DNA from: an uncultured Gemmatimonadales bacterium
Lineage (GTDB): Bacteria; Gemmatimonadota; Gemmatimonadetes; Gemmatimonadales; Gemmatimonadaceae
DNA length: 64,000 bases
Direction of reading: 5' to 3'
NCBI GenBank assembly: GCA_963851265.1
Contig: CAWKNZ010000002.1
Coordinates: forward strand, 1,472,001-1,536,000
Shown: positions 12,115 to 22,853 of the stretch, one piece after another
Layout: the number at the start of each line of letters is the position of its first letter
How positions within the stretch are numbered: the first letter of the stretch is position 1
The notes under the pieces: generated by a model
What the model was told of the DNA's origin: nothing
The model's database searches: none
Seen by the model: the letters and a program-made list of their open reading frames with translations, nothing else
Translations under genes and position numbers: made by a program

Positions 12115-12155
12115 GGCGGCCCGCGCGGTGTCAACCGGGCGCCGCGCGGGCCGCC
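12115..12155. terminator. Hairpin downstream of metK (possible terminator)
   Basis: GGCGGCCCGCGCGG-N13-CCGCGCGGGCCGCC 14-bp stem; no clear U-tract; loop contains TTGACA on the minus strand. Confidence 0.45.
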
Positions 12156-12171
12156 CGCCGCCGACCGCGGA

Positions 12172-13428
12172 TCAGCTCCGGCGCGCGACCGCGGCGAGCT
12201 GTTCCGCCCGGTCCGTGCCTTCCCAGGTGAAGCCCGGGTTGGTTTGGACCAACTCCTTCCCGTCGCGAGTCGCCGTGTGCGTGACCGCCTGCGGCGCGCG
12301 CCCGAAGTGTCCGTACGCCGCGGTCGGCGAGTAGATCGGCGTCCGGAGCGCGAGCGCCTCGGTGATCCCCTTGGGCGTGAGATCGAACACCTCGCGCACC
12401 GCACGCACGATCGCGTCGTCCGACACCGTCCCGGTGCCGAACGTGCTCACCATGATCGAGACCGGCTCGCGGACCCCGATCGCGTACGCGAGCTGGACCT
12501 CGCAGCGGCGCGCCAGCCCGGCCGCGACGACGTTCTTCGCGACCCAGCGGGCCGCGTACGCCGCCGAACGGTCCACCTTCGACGGGTCCTTGCCGCTGAA
12601 CGCGCCGCCGCCGTGGCGCCCCATCCCGCCGTACGTGTCGACGATGATCTTGCGTCCGGTGAGCCCCGCGTCGCCCATCGGTCCGCCGACCACGAAACGC
12701 CCGGTCGGGTTGATGTGGTAGGCGATGTTGGGGCTGCGGAGCGAGTCCGGGATCACCGGCTCGATCACGTGCTCGATGATCGCCGCGCGCAGGTCGTCCG
12801 CCGAGATGTCTTCGGCGTGCTGCGTCGAGACCACGACGGTCTCGACCGACACCGGGCGGTCGCCCTCGTACGCCACGCTCACCTGCGCCTTGCCGTCGGG
12901 GCGCAGCCAGGGAAGCGTCTTGTTCTTCCGCAGCTCCGACAGGCGCTGCGTGAGACGGTGCGAGAGGAGGATCGGCAGCGGCATCAGCTCCGCCGTCTCG
13001 TCGGTCGCGTAGCCGAACATCATCCCCTGGTCGCCGGCGCCGCCCGTGTCGACGCCCTGCGCGATGTCGGCGCTCTGCTTATCGATCGTGCTCATCACCG
13101 CGCACGTCTTGCTGTCGAAGCCGTACGTCGCGTCGTCGTAGCCGATGCGCTGGATCGTGTCGCGCACGAGCTTCGGCAGGTCGACCCACGCGTGCGTGGT
13201 GATCTCGCCGGCGATCACCGCGAGGCCCGTCGTGACGAGCGTCTCGCACGCCACACGGCCCGCGGGGTCGAGGTGCAGGATCGCGTCGAGCACCGCGTCG
13301 GAGATTTGGTCGGCGATCTTGTCGGGATGCCCCTCGGTGACCGACTCCGAGGTGAACAGGTGGCGCGTGCCGGCCGGCGCCGCGGCGGGCGCCGACGCCA
13401 GGGCGTCGGGCATGAGCGTCGTGGACAT
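12172..13428 (-). CDS. metK: S-adenosylmethionine synthetase
   Basis: [19 protein letters not shown] and [16 protein letters not shown] motifs. Confidence 0.97.
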   Translation of the reverse strand: MSTTLMPDALASAPAAAPAGTRHLFTSESVTEGHPDKIADQISDAVLDAILHLDPAGRVACETLVTTGLAVIAGEITTHAWVDLPKLVRDTIQRIGYDDATYGFDSKTCAVMSTIDKQSADIAQGVDTGGAGDQGMMFGYATDETAELMPLPILLSHRLTQRLSELRKNKTLPWLRPDGKAQVSVAYEGDRPVSVETVVVSTQHAEDISADDLRAAIIEHVIEPVIPDSLRSPNIAYHINPTGRFVVGGPMGDAGLTGRKIIVDTYGGMGRHGGGAFSGKDPSKVDRSAAYAARWVAKNVVAAGLARRCEVQLAYAIGVREPVSIMVSTFGTGTVSDDAIVRAVREVFDLTPKGITEALALRTPIYSPTAAYGHFGRAPQAVTHTATRDGKELVQTNPGFTWEGTDRAEQLAAVARRS

Positions 13429-13451
13429 GAGGCGGGGGTCCCTGGCGTGGA

Positions 13452-14993
13452 TTAGTAGCGGTAGTGGGCGGGCTTGTACGGGCCGTGCTCGGGCACCCCG
13501 ATGTACTCGGCCTGCGCCGGCGTCAGCTCGGTCAGCTTCACGCCGAGCTTGTCGAGGTGCAGACGCGCGACCTCCTCGTCGAGGTGCTTCGGCAGCACGT
13601 ACACTTCTTTCGCGTAACGCTCGGTGTGGCCAAACAGCTCGATCTGCGCGGCCACCTGGTTGGTGAACGAGCACGACATCACGAAGCTCGGGTGCCCGGT
13701 CGCGCAGCCGAGGTTCATGAGGCGGCCTTCGGCGAGGATGAGCACCGAGTGGCCGTCGGGGAACACGTACTCGTCGTACTGCGGCTTGATGTTCACGCGC
13801 TGTACGCCCGGCATCTTCTTGAGCCCGGCCATGTCGATCTCGTTGTCAAAGTGGCCGATGTTGGCCACGATGGCCTTGTCCTTCATGCGCGCCATGTGCT
13901 GCGCGTCGATGATGCCGTAGTTGCCGGTGGCGGTGATGAAGAGGTCGGCCGTGCCGATCACGTCTTCGAGCGTGAGGACCTGGTACCCCTCCATCGCCGC
14001 CTGCAGCGCGCAGATCGGATCGATCTCGGTGACGATGACGCGCGCGCCCTGCCCGCGGAGCGCCTGCGCGCACCCCTTGCCGACGTCGCCATAACCGCAA
14101 ACCACCGCGACCTTGCCCGCGAGCATCACGTCGGTCGCGCGGTTCAGACCGTCGATGATCGAGTGGCGGCAGCCGTACAGGTTGTCGAACTTGGACTTGG
14201 TGACCGAGTCGTTGACGTTGATCGCCGGGAAGCGGAGCGTGCCCGCCTTCTGCATCTCGTACAGGCGGTGCACGCCCGTCGTCGTCTCCTCGGTCACGCC
14301 CTTGATCGCGGCGGCGACCTTCGTCCAGCGGCCGGGGTTCCGCTGCTGCTCCTGGCGCAGCAGGTCGAGGATCACGCCCCACTCCTCGGGGTCCTTGTCA
14401 GCGTCGAACGCCGGTACCGCGCCCGCGGCCTCGTAGTCCGCGCCGCGGTGAATGAGCAGCGTCGCGTCGCCACCGTCATCGAGCAACATGTTGGGGCCCG
14501 CGCCGTCCGGCCACGTGAGCGCCTGTTCGGTGCACCACCAGTACTCCTCGAGCGTCTCACCCTTCCACGCGAACACCGGGATTCCGCGCGGCTCCTCCAC
14601 CGTGCCGTCGCGTCCGACGGCGACAGCCGCCGCCGCGTGGTCCTGGGTCGAGAAGATGTTGCACGACACCCAGCGGACGTCGGCGCCGAGATCGACGAGG
14701 GTCTCGATCAGCACGGCGGTCTGCACGGTCATGTGGAGCGAGCCCATGATGCGCGCGCCGGTGAGCGGCTTGCTCGCCGAGTAGCGCGCGCGCATCGCCA
14801 TGAGGCCGGGCATCTCCTGCTCGGCGAGCCGGATTTCCTTGCGTCCGAGCTCGGCCTGCGCGAGGTCGCGCACCTTGAACGGCGGGCGATCCGGCGTGCC
14901 GTTGGGCGACGCGGTCGCGGGCGCGGCGTCGTACTCCTTGGTCGTGGTGCCGCGCGACGCGGGGGCGTCGGCGACCGAACTCGGCGGTGTCAT
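13452..14993 (-). CDS. ahcY: Adenosylhomocysteinase
   Basis: [44 protein letters not shown]; ends [14 protein letters not shown] overlap with the regulator stop. Confidence 0.97.
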   Translation of the reverse strand: MTPPSSVADAPASRGTTTKEYDAAPATASPNGTPDRPPFKVRDLAQAELGRKEIRLAEQEMPGLMAMRARYSASKPLTGARIMGSLHMTVQTAVLIETLVDLGADVRWVSCNIFSTQDHAAAAVAVGRDGTVEEPRGIPVFAWKGETLEEYWWCTEQALTWPDGAGPNMLLDDGGDATLLIHRGADYEAAGAVPAFDADKDPEEWGVILDLLRQEQQRNPGRWTKVAAAIKGVTEETTTGVHRLYEMQKAGTLRFPAINVNDSVTKSKFDNLYGCRHSIIDGLNRATDVMLAGKVAVVCGYGDVGKGCAQALRGQGARVIVTEIDPICALQAAMEGYQVLTLEDVIGTADLFITATGNYGIIDAQHMARMKDKAIVANIGHFDNEIDMAGLKKMPGVQRVNIKPQYDEYVFPDGHSVLILAEGRLMNLGCATGHPSFVMSCSFTNQVAAQIELFGHTERYAKEVYVLPKHLDEEVARLHLDKLGVKLTELTPAQAEYIGVPEHGPYKPAHYRY

Positions 14994-15991
14994 ACGGTAC
15001 GCGGGGTTGAGTGGCTGGCGAGTGGAGCGTCGATGGACGGAACGCGCGCGGCGGGGCGCGCGGCCGATCGCCGGGCCGTGGCCGCGACGAGTTGGGGCCC
15101 GCGTGCGGCCGGGTCGACCGGGAGCGGGGTGTAGCGAAGCGCGCCGAATCCGGCTTCGGCGAGCCACTCCGCGAGTTGTGCCTCGCCGAAGCCGAGCCAA
15201 ACGTGGCCCATTTCCTGGCGATAGCGTTCGCGGTCGTGTGGGGCCATGTCGATCACGACGAGGCGGCCACGCGGGCGAAGCGCGCGCGCCGCCTGTTCGA
15301 ACACGGCGAGCGGGTCGGGCAGGTGGTGCAACGTGAGTACGAGCAGCGCGGCGTCGAGCTCGCCGTCGCCGATCGGAAGGGCCTCGAGATCGCCCTCGCG
15401 CAACTCGACGTTCGCGCGCCCGTCCAGGCGCCGGCGGGCGACCGCGAGCATCTCGCGCGAGTGGTCGACCGCGATCACGCGTCCGACGAACGGCGCGAGC
15501 ACGTCCGCTACGGCTCCGGTCCCACAGCCGAGGTCGCCGAGGACCATCTCGTCGTCGAGCAGCGCGAGAAGCGCGAGCAGGTCGGCCCGTGCCCCGAACA
15601 GCTCCACCCGCAACCGGTCCCAGGCCTCGGCCGTCGACGAGAAGAAGGCCCGCGTGGCCGACCGCCGCTCCGCCAGCACCGCGCGCAACCGTTCCGCGTC
15701 GTGCGGCGCGGCCGGTAGCGCCGCGAGCGGGTCGCGTACGGCGGCCCAGAGCGCGCCCGTCGACGACTTCCGGCCCACGTCGGCGATGTGGTATCGGCGG
15801 CTCGGACCGTCGGCGCGCGCCGCGACCCACCCAGCGTCGACCAGCGTCTTCAGATGCCGGCTGACCGTGCTCTGCGGCAGCTGGAGCGTGGCCGCGAGCT
15901 CACCGACCGCGAGCTCGTGCCGTTCGAGCGCGAGCAAGAGCCGCCCCCGGACGGGGTCGGCGAGCGCGGCGAGCGAGTCGAGGACATCCAC
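14990..15991 (-). CDS. ArsR-family HTH fused to a SAM-binding methyltransferase-like domain (SahR-type methionine-cycle regulator)
   Basis: [11 protein letters not shown]...[16 protein letters not shown] followed by DLGCGTG; first gene of the ahcY-metK operon. Confidence 0.88.
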   Translation of the reverse strand: MDVLDSLAALADPVRGRLLLALERHELAVGELAATLQLPQSTVSRHLKTLVDAGWVAARADGPSRRYHIADVGRKSSTGALWAAVRDPLAALPAAPHDAERLRAVLAERRSATRAFFSSTAEAWDRLRVELFGARADLLALLALLDDEMVLGDLGCGTGAVADVLAPFVGRVIAVDHSREMLAVARRRLDGRANVELREGDLEALPIGDGELDAALLVLTLHHLPDPLAVFEQAARALRPRGRLVVIDMAPHDRERYRQEMGHVWLGFGEAQLAEWLAEAGFGALRYTPLPVDPAARGPQLVAATARRSAARPAARVPSIDAPLASHSTPRTV

Positions 15992-16000
15992 GTTGATGAT

Positions 16001-16055
16001 TTCCTTTCATCCGGATAGACGGATGAAAGGAACGCCCGCGCACCGGCTGCGTCAA
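16001..16055 (-). promoter_or_regulatory. Promoter and palindromic operator of the sahR-ahcY-metK operon
   Basis: Perfect 13-bp inverted repeat TTCCTTTCATCCG-N6-CGGATGAAAGGAA (16001-16032); TTGACG -35 at 16050-16055 with 17-nt spacing to a weak -10 lying in the palindrome. Confidence 0.7.
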
Positions 16056-17824
16056 CCGGCGGCGTTCGTCAATCCCGAAGCGCCGGTGCTGCGCCCGAGT
16101 TCGGCGTCGAGCGCGGCGTGAAGGATCACCTCGGCTTCGCGCGCCGTGGCGGAGTTCAGCGCCCGCTCCGCGGCGGCGGTCGCGCGGGAGGCATGCACGC
16201 CGCGCACGATGCGCTTCACCACCGCGACGTTGCGCGGTCCCACCGAGAGCTGCCGCAGGCCGAGCCCGAGCAGCGCGTAGGCCATGAGGGGCTGAGACGC
16301 CATCTCACCGCACACGCACACGTCGAGGCCGTGGTCCGCCCCGACCTGCACGACGTGGCGGAGGAGGCGGAGTACGGAAGGGTGCAGCGGCGTGAACCGC
16401 GGCGCGAGCTGCGCATTCCCGCGGTCCACGGCGAGCGTGTACTGCACGAGGTCGTTGGTGCCGATCGAGAAGAACGCGACCTCGCCTACGAACGACTCGG
16501 CGGCCAACGCGGCGGCCGGCGTCTCGATCATGACGCCGAGCGGCACGTCGTCGCGAAACGACGCGCCGCGCGCGCGCAGCTCCGCGGCGGCTTCGCCCAT
16601 GAGCGCCCGTGCGGCGCGCACCTCGTCCACGCTCACCACGAGCGGGAGCATGATGCGCACGTCCCCGTGGGTCGCGGCGCGCAGGAGCGCGCGCAGCTGG
16701 CCCTTGAACAGTTCGGGCTGGTCGAGACACATCCGGATCGCGCGCCAGCCCAGGAACGGGTTGGGCTCGGCCGGGAATCCGCCGACCGGCAGCTTGTCGC
16801 CGCCGATGTCGAAGGTCCGGATCACCACCGGGCGGCCGCGGAACGCGTCGACCACGCGCGCGTAGGCCCGGTACTGCTCGTCCTCGTCGGGCATCGTCGC
16901 CCGACCGACGACGAGGAATTCGGTGCGCAGCAGCCCGACCCCGTCCGCCCCACTCGTCGCCGCCGCGTCGGCCTCCTCCGGCAGATCGACGTTGGCGCGC
17001 AGCGTCACGCACACGTCGTCGCGCGTGACCGCGTCCAGCGCGGAGAGCTGGCGCAACTCGGCCGTCTCCTGCACTTCGAGCTGCGCGCGCGCCGCATACG
17101 CCGCGAGTTCCGTCGCGTCGGGGTCGAGCGCGAGCGTGCCCGCCGCCCCGTCGAGCACCGCGCGCTCGCCACCGCGGAGCCGCGACGTCGCGTCGCGCAG
17201 GCCGACCACGGCGGGCAGGCCTAACGACCGCGCGAGGATCGCGATGTGCGACGTGTTCGTCCCGGCGTCGGTGGCGATCGCGGAGATCGCCTCGCGGTCG
17301 AGCTGGACCGTCAGCGACGGCGTCAGGTCGTGCGTGACGAGGATCGCCCCCGCGCCCTTGGGCACCGAGATCGGGTCGTAGTCGGGCAGGTCGAGCAGCA
17401 GCGATAGGAGGCGGATCTGCACGTCCGTCAGGTCGCCGACGCGCTCGCGGAGCATCGCGTGCGGATGCTTCGCGAACTGCTGGCGCCACTCGAGCATCGC
17501 CAGGTCGACCGCCTTCTCGGCGCCGAGGTTCTGGCGCACCAGCGTCTCCATCTGGTCGACGAGCGCCTCGTCGCGGAGGATCGAGAGCTGCACGTCGAAG
17601 ATCGCGGCCTCGTCGGGCCCGGCCTGGCGCTCGGCGCGCGCGCGGACGAGCTCGAGCCGGTCGGCCGCGCCGGCGATCGCGGCGCGGAGCCGCGCCAACT
17701 CCGCGGGGATCATGTCGTCGGCGACGATCCGCTGGGGCACGTCGGGCACCTCCCAGCGCAGGAGGTGCACGGGCCCCACGACGATCCCCGGCGACGCGGC
17801 GATCCCCGCGAGTTGCAGCCGCAC
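16052..17824 (-). CDS. ptsI: PTS enzyme I (phosphoenolpyruvate-protein phosphotransferase)
   Basis: TSHIAILARS phospho-His motif, GVGLLRTEF, RTFDIGGDK, FSIGTNDLVQY. Confidence 0.95.
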   Translation of the reverse strand: MRLQLAGIAASPGIVVGPVHLLRWEVPDVPQRIVADDMIPAELARLRAAIAGAADRLELVRARAERQAGPDEAAIFDVQLSILRDEALVDQMETLVRQNLGAEKAVDLAMLEWRQQFAKHPHAMLRERVGDLTDVQIRLLSLLLDLPDYDPISVPKGAGAILVTHDLTPSLTVQLDREAISAIATDAGTNTSHIAILARSLGLPAVVGLRDATSRLRGGERAVLDGAAGTLALDPDATELAAYAARAQLEVQETAELRQLSALDAVTRDDVCVTLRANVDLPEEADAAATSGADGVGLLRTEFLVVGRATMPDEDEQYRAYARVVDAFRGRPVVIRTFDIGGDKLPVGGFPAEPNPFLGWRAIRMCLDQPELFKGQLRALLRAATHGDVRIMLPLVVSVDEVRAARALMGEAAAELRARGASFRDDVPLGVMIETPAAALAAESFVGEVAFFSIGTNDLVQYTLAVDRGNAQLAPRFTPLHPSVLRLLRHVVQVGADHGLDVCVCGEMASQPLMAYALLGLGLRQLSVGPRNVAVVKRIVRGVHASRATAAAERALNSATAREAEVILHAALDAELGRSTGASGLTNAAG

Positions 17825-17828
17825 GGTC

Positions 17829-18101
17829 CTACCGCTCCCCGAACTTGCCGTCGACGAGCGCTTCGAGCGCGGCGACCGCCGCGTCCGCGTCGGGCCCCGT
17901 CGCCCTCAGCACGATCGTCGCGCCGCACTCGGCGGCGAGCATCATCACTCCCATGATGCTCTTGCCGTTGACCTCCATGTCGTCGCGCGTGATGGTCACG
18001 TCGCTCTGGAACCGCGACGCGGCCTTCACCATCTCGGCCGCAGGTCGGGCGTGCAGGCCGTGCTTGTTCTGGATCTGGACTGGCCGTTCGACCGTCGGCA
18101 T
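17829..18101 (-). CDS. ptsH: Phosphocarrier protein HPr
   Basis: GLHARPAA (His15) and NGKSIMGVMML (Ser46). Confidence 0.95.
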   Translation of the reverse strand: MPTVERPVQIQNKHGLHARPAAEMVKAASRFQSDVTITRDDMEVNGKSIMGVMMLAAECGATIVLRATGPDADAAVAALEALVDGKFGER

Positions 18102-18148
18102 GGGCGTGGGTACTGGGCGACCGGGGGTGGCAGGCGGCACGGCGCTGG

Positions 18149-18946
18149 TCAGCGAAGGAGGCCGTAGAGCGTAAAGATGGCGAGGAGCGTGAGCGCGAGG
18201 CGCCATCCGTCGAGGCGGCCGTGCAACCGTGCGAGCACGACGGCCGCGACGACGATCACGACGAGCGCCGCGCCGAGCAGCGTACGCCCCGGCCCGATCG
18301 CGCGGTCGAGGGCGAGCGGCAGCGCCGCCCCCCCGACCAGCGCGGCGGCCTGCGACAGCCGTTCGGGCCCCTGGCGGAACAGCGGATGCGCGAGCCCCTG
18401 CGCCACCCGCAGCCCGCGCGCGAGGCCGGTCCGCAGCCCCCACACACGGAGCGCGACGTGCCCGGCGTTGTACAGGAGCAGGAAGCCGCCCACGGTCACG
18501 AGCGGCGACGCGCCGGCGCCGAACAGCAGCAGCCCGACGGCCGAGCAGAACGGCAGCCACGCCGCCCAGACCAGCCGGTCGCCGACGCTGCCTAACGGGC
18601 CGCAGAGCGCGGTGCGGAACCGCTCGATCCGCACGGCCGGCTCGCCGTCGAGCTCCGCGCGCGCGAGGGCGCCCACGGCGAGCGCGGCGAGGTACGGGTG
18701 CGCGTTGAAATACGCGCTCTCGCGCGCGAGCGCCTCCCGGTACGCGGCGCCCCCTCGCCCGCCGGGCAGCAGCGCGAGTGCGGGCTCGACGGCGTAGCCG
18801 ACGCCGGTCCCGAGCAGCAGCTCGTAGTTCCACGACGCCTGGATCGCGAACAGCCGGACGAGCATCAGCGCCCGGGTCGCGAACGGCACCACCGCGCCGG
18901 ACGTCGTGCCGGGCGCCGCGCCGAGCGGCAGCGCGGCGCCGCTCAC
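18149..18946 (-). CDS. PTS mannose/fructose/sorbose family IID component
   Basis: QASWNYE, YFNAHPY and GPLGSVGDRLVW motifs. Confidence 0.88.
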   Translation of the reverse strand: MSGAALPLGAAPGTTSGAVVPFATRALMLVRLFAIQASWNYELLLGTGVGYAVEPALALLPGGRGGAAYREALARESAYFNAHPYLAALAVGALARAELDGEPAVRIERFRTALCGPLGSVGDRLVWAAWLPFCSAVGLLLFGAGASPLVTVGGFLLLYNAGHVALRVWGLRTGLARGLRVAQGLAHPLFRQGPERLSQAAALVGGAALPLALDRAIGPGRTLLGAALVVIVVAAVVLARLHGRLDGWRLALTLLAIFTLYGLLR

Positions 18947-19671
18947 TGCAGGGCGAGCCGCAGAAGGCCGGCCGCGATCCCGGCGGCGAACAGGAGTCGT
19001 GCGCGCGGTACGAGGTGGAACAGCTTCCAGACGGCGCTGCCCGCCACGGTTGCGGCCACGCTCACCACCACGGCGCGCGACAGCCGCGCGTCCGCACCCC
19101 AATGCCCGACCGCCGTCGCGAGCAGCGGGAGCGAGAGCTGCAGCGCAAGCACCGTGAGCGCGAACCCGCGCAGCAGGTCGAAGCCGAGCCCCGCGAACTG
19201 CAGACGCGACACCGTCCGCCGCGACCCGGTCTGAAGCGCCGGGGCCTGCGCGCGCGCGAACTGGCCGTTGATGCGCCGGAGCAGGATCATCGACTCGCCG
19301 CCGACCCAGGCGGTCGCGAGCGCGCACGTGACGGCGAGCACGAGTGCGCCCGCCGCGCCTTCGGGATGCAGTGCGTAGAGCGCGCCGCCGACCACCGCGG
19401 CCGATCCCCACTCGGGGTAGCGCGACGCGCCCACCGGCAGCGTCTCGAGTGCCACGAGTTCGAGCACCGCACCGACGAGCAGACCGCGCCCGGGCTCGCC
19501 CACGACCGCGCCGGCGAGCGTCGCGGCGACGAGCGGGCGCGATATCATCGCCTGCGGAAAGCTGACCACGTCGAGCCCGAGCACCGCGCCGAGGAGCGCG
19601 AAACGAAGGACGTCGAAGTTCGCGAGTCGCAGCTTTTCTAGCGCCGTGAGGGCCGTCCCCGGCTCAAACAT
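18943..19671 (-). CDS. PTS mannose family IIC component
   Basis: QAMISRPLVAATLAG...GAVLEL...PVGA; hydrophobic. Confidence 0.85.
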   Translation of the reverse strand: MFEPGTALTALEKLRLANFDVLRFALLGAVLGLDVVSFPQAMISRPLVAATLAGAVVGEPGRGLLVGAVLELVALETLPVGASRYPEWGSAAVVGGALYALHPEGAAGALVLAVTCALATAWVGGESMILLRRINGQFARAQAPALQTGSRRTVSRLQFAGLGFDLLRGFALTVLALQLSLPLLATAVGHWGADARLSRAVVVSVAATVAGSAVWKLFHLVPRARLLFAAGIAAGLLRLALQ

Positions 19672-20173
19672 CCACGCGCCCCGCGAGCACGTCGAACAGG
19701 GTCACCGGCTTCGCCGCGGGTACGTCCTGCGCGGTCACCTGCACGCCCGACGCGGCGAGCGCGCGGAGCGCCGCCTCCTCGTCGGGCGTGAGGAACACGT
19801 AGCGCATGCGCTGGACGCGACCGGCGCGGTGGTGTACGCCGCCGACGTTCACGCCGGAGATCTTGGCCGCGGTGCCACTCGCGCGCACCGCGTCGACGAA
19901 CCGGCGCATCGTCGTGACGTCGCCGGCGAGCACGATGGCGCGCGCGCGCCCGGCGACGAGCCCCGCGTGCATGCGCGCCGCGTCGTCCACCGACGCGAAC
20001 CGGACGTCCATCTCGGGAGGCACCGCCATGCGGTAGAGCTCCTGCTCCCACTCGCTCACGGCCAGCTCGTCGTCGACGACCACGATGAGCTGAACGTCGA
20101 GCGGGCGGGCCCACCCGAGCACGACCTGCCCGTGGATCAGCCGGTCGTCGATCCGGTACAGCTCAACCGGCAC
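19664..20173 (-). CDS. PTS mannose family IIB component
   Basis: RIDDRLIHGQV phospho-His motif; VNVGG. Confidence 0.92.
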   Translation of the reverse strand: MPVELYRIDDRLIHGQVVLGWARPLDVQLIVVVDDELAVSEWEQELYRMAVPPEMDVRFASVDDAARMHAGLVAGRARAIVLAGDVTTMRRFVDAVRASGTAAKISGVNVGGVHHRAGRVQRMRYVFLTPDEEAALRALAASGVQVTAQDVPAAKPVTLFDVLAGRVDV

Positions 20174-20657
20174 GTGGCGCGCCCGGGAGCGAGGTGAGCG
20201 CGACCTGTCCGCGCGAGACGGCGCGCGCCGCGGCGGCCCGCGCCCCGTCGGGCGTCTGCACGTCGCCGTCGCACCCGCCGTCGGCCGCACACACGAAGTC
20301 GAGCAGCGTGCCGAGGTTCGTCCCCGTGACGACCGTGACGTCGGGGCGGTCGCGTTGTACGCGGCGCGCGGCCATCGCGCAGCTGCCGGCCGGCAGGTCG
20401 GTGAAGATGACGAACGCGGCCGCGGCGTCGAGCTTCTCGCGGATCGCGCGTTCGATGTCGGCCCCTCCCAGGTCGCGGTTGCTCAGCACGTCGAGCAGCG
20501 CGCCGCGCCCGGTAATCTGCTCGACGGCCGACCGCAGGCCCGTCGCGAGGTCGCCGTGCGCGGCGATGAGCGCGACCGGCCGGCGTGGCGCGTCGAGCAC
20601 CGCGGCCTCGCCGGAGCCGGCCACGCTCTGCATATTCGCAGCCGGTTCGTTATTCAT
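20163..20657 (-). CDS. PTS mannose family IIA component
   Basis: IAAHGDLA, FTDLPAGS and VTGTNL motifs. Confidence 0.88.
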   Translation of the reverse strand: MNNEPAANMQSVAGSGEAAVLDAPRRPVALIAAHGDLATGLRSAVEQITGRGALLDVLSNRDLGGADIERAIREKLDAAAAFVIFTDLPAGSCAMAARRVQRDRPDVTVVTGTNLGTLLDFVCAADGGCDGDVQTPDGARAAAARAVSRGQVALTSLPGAPRAG

Positions 20658-21696
20658 CGTCGTCGCGCAGGTAACGCTGGATGTCGATCGTCCGGTCGCG
20701 CCGCGCGCCGTTGACGGGCGCGCCGGTGCGGGTCTGCTCGCGCGCGGCGGCCTGCGCGCGCATGCGACCGATCAGCCGCTCGTTGAACGCCTCGGCGGGG
20801 TCGACGCCGGTGCTGTAGCGCAGCAGGTGGTTCATCGCGATCACCTCGGCGATGACGGTGATGTTCTTCCCCGGGTTGAGCGGCACCCGGATGCGCGGCA
20901 GCGCCACGCCGAGGATGTCGTGCGTCTCGCCATCGAGCCCCGTGCGGTCGACGACGGCTTCCTGGTCCCACGGCTCGAGGTGTACGCACACCTCGACGCG
21001 CTTCTGCTGGCGCACGGCCCGAATGCCGAAGATCGCCGGGATGTCGATGAGACCGATCCCGCGAATCTCCATGTGGTGCCGCTGCAACTCGTGGCCGCGC
21101 CCGATCAGGACGTCCGCGCCGCGCCGCTTCACGATGAGCAGATCGTCGGCCACGAGTCGGTGGCCGCGCTCGACGAGGTCGAGTACGCACTCGCTCTTGC
21201 CGATGCCGCTCATGCCGGTGAAGAACAGCCCGACGCCGTAGACGTCGGCGAGCGAGCCGTGGAGCGTCGCCGTCGGCGCGAACTCGTCCGCGAGCAGCGG
21301 CTTGATCTGCTCGTAGAACTCGGCGGTCTTGATCGTGGTCCGGAACACGGCCACGTTCGCGCGCTCGGCCAACGCGAGCAGCGGGTCCGGCGGTTGGAGG
21401 CCCTTCGTGATGAACACGCACGGAATCGGGAACGAGAAGAACCGCTCGAGATTCCGTTCGCGCGTGTCGCGGTCGAGCGACATGAGATAGGTGATCTCGG
21501 TCTCGCCGAACACCTGCACCCGCTCGTGCGCGAAGCGGTCGACGTAGCCGGCGAGCACCAGTCCCGGGCTCGACGCCTCGGGCCCGGGCACGGGACGCGA
21601 GAGCCCCACCCCCGCCCCGAGCTGCTCGACCGGCGTCGAGTCGCTCAGCCGCTCGGCCAGCTGCCCGACCGTGAACGGCGCGCGTCCCGGGCTCAC
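20650..21696 (-). CDS. hprK: HPr(Ser) kinase/phosphorylase
   Basis: GMSGIGKSE Walker A, GHRLVADD, HHMEIRGIGLIDI. Confidence 0.95.
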   Translation of the reverse strand: MSPGRAPFTVGQLAERLSDSTPVEQLGAGVGLSRPVPGPEASSPGLVLAGYVDRFAHERVQVFGETEITYLMSLDRDTRERNLERFFSFPIPCVFITKGLQPPDPLLALAERANVAVFRTTIKTAEFYEQIKPLLADEFAPTATLHGSLADVYGVGLFFTGMSGIGKSECVLDLVERGHRLVADDLLIVKRRGADVLIGRGHELQRHHMEIRGIGLIDIPAIFGIRAVRQQKRVEVCVHLEPWDQEAVVDRTGLDGETHDILGVALPRIRVPLNPGKNITVIAEVIAMNHLLRYSTGVDPAEAFNERLIGRMRAQAAAREQTRTGAPVNGARRDRTIDIQRYLRDDDE

Positions 21697-22826
21697 CGCG
21701 CGCCACCCCCCGCGCGCGCGCCGCGCGGGGTCGCTACGACCTCGGCCAGGTGTGCCGCGGTCTGGACCGCGGCCCGCTCCCAGGTGAACGACTCCGCGAA
21801 GTGGCGGGCGCTCGCACCCATTTCTGCGACGAGTGCGGGCCGCGCGGCGAGGGCGTCGAGGCGTTCGGCAATAGCGCCCACGTCGCCGTGGCGCACCAGG
21901 AAGCCGGTCTCCCCGTCACGAACGCTCTCCCGCAATCCGGGCGCGTCTGACGCGACCACTGGCGTGGCGCACGCGGCGGCTTCGAGGTTCGTGATCCCCC
22001 ACCCCTCCTTTGGCGACGCGAAGACGAGTGCCCAAGCGCGCCGAAGCAGCGCGAGCTTCTCGGATTCGCTGACCCGCCCAAGAAACCGCACGCGCGCGCC
22101 GAGGGCAAGAGAGTCGACGAGCCGCTCGAGCGCCGGGCGATAGTCGCCGACGCCCGCGATTTCGAGACGCGCGCGCGGGTCGGCCACCCGCGCGAACGCG
22201 CGCACGACGAGGTCGACTCCCTTGTAGCGCTTGAGTCGGCCGAGGTATGCGAACACCGGCTCGGCCGCCCGGACGCTCGCGTCGGGCGTGTATGCGCGCG
22301 CGTCGATCCCGGGGTAGATCACGCGCACGCGCGCGCGCGGGATGCCGCGCGCGACGAGGTCGTCCGCCGTGCTCTCGGAGATCGCTTCGAAGGGCACGTC
22401 CCGGTACGCGCGCGCGAGCGGTCGCTCGGCGAGCCAGACCGCGGCCGCGACGGGCGGCGGCGCCTCGCGAAACACCGTCCCGCCGAACAGATGCGGCACG
22501 AGCGCGACCGAGCGCCGCGCGCCCCAGCGCGCCGTGTGCAGCGGCACCTTGTTGATGTCCTCCACGAGGACGTCGGCGTCCAACCGCGCGAGGTGCTCTC
22601 GATAGTAGCGACGTGCGACGAACGGAAAGGTGTAGCGCGTCCCCGCGCGGTGCACGGCGATGCCGTCGAGGGTCGCGCGCGGCGGGCAGCCGGGCCACCC
22701 GCCGCACAGGAGCGTCACCTCGTGCCCCGCCGCGGCGAGCCGGCCGAAGATCTCGTGCAGGTGGATCTCCGCGCCGCCGGCGAGCGGCGCCTCACGATCC
22801 TGCCAGTTGACGACGAGAATGCGCAC
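21693..22826 (-). CDS. Glycosyltransferase family 4
   Basis: GGAEIH, YLGRLKRYKG and EGWGITNLEAAAC (EX7E) motifs. Confidence 0.9.
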   Translation of the reverse strand: MRILVVNWQDREAPLAGGAEIHLHEIFGRLAAAGHEVTLLCGGWPGCPPRATLDGIAVHRAGTRYTFPFVARRYYREHLARLDADVLVEDINKVPLHTARWGARRSVALVPHLFGGTVFREAPPPVAAAVWLAERPLARAYRDVPFEAISESTADDLVARGIPRARVRVIYPGIDARAYTPDASVRAAEPVFAYLGRLKRYKGVDLVVRAFARVADPRARLEIAGVGDYRPALERLVDSLALGARVRFLGRVSESEKLALLRRAWALVFASPKEGWGITNLEAAACATPVVASDAPGLRESVRDGETGFLVRHGDVGAIAERLDALAARPALVAEMGASARHFAESFTWERAAVQTAAHLAEVVATPRGARAGGGAR

Positions 22827-22853
22827 GCGACGACCGCGGGACCGCCGCGGGCG

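Noticed and set aside
13452..15830. 792-aa ORF suggesting an N-terminally extended AhcY
   Set aside because: The extension overlaps the ArsR-methyltransferase gene in another frame. ATG 14993 overlaps its stop (ATGA).
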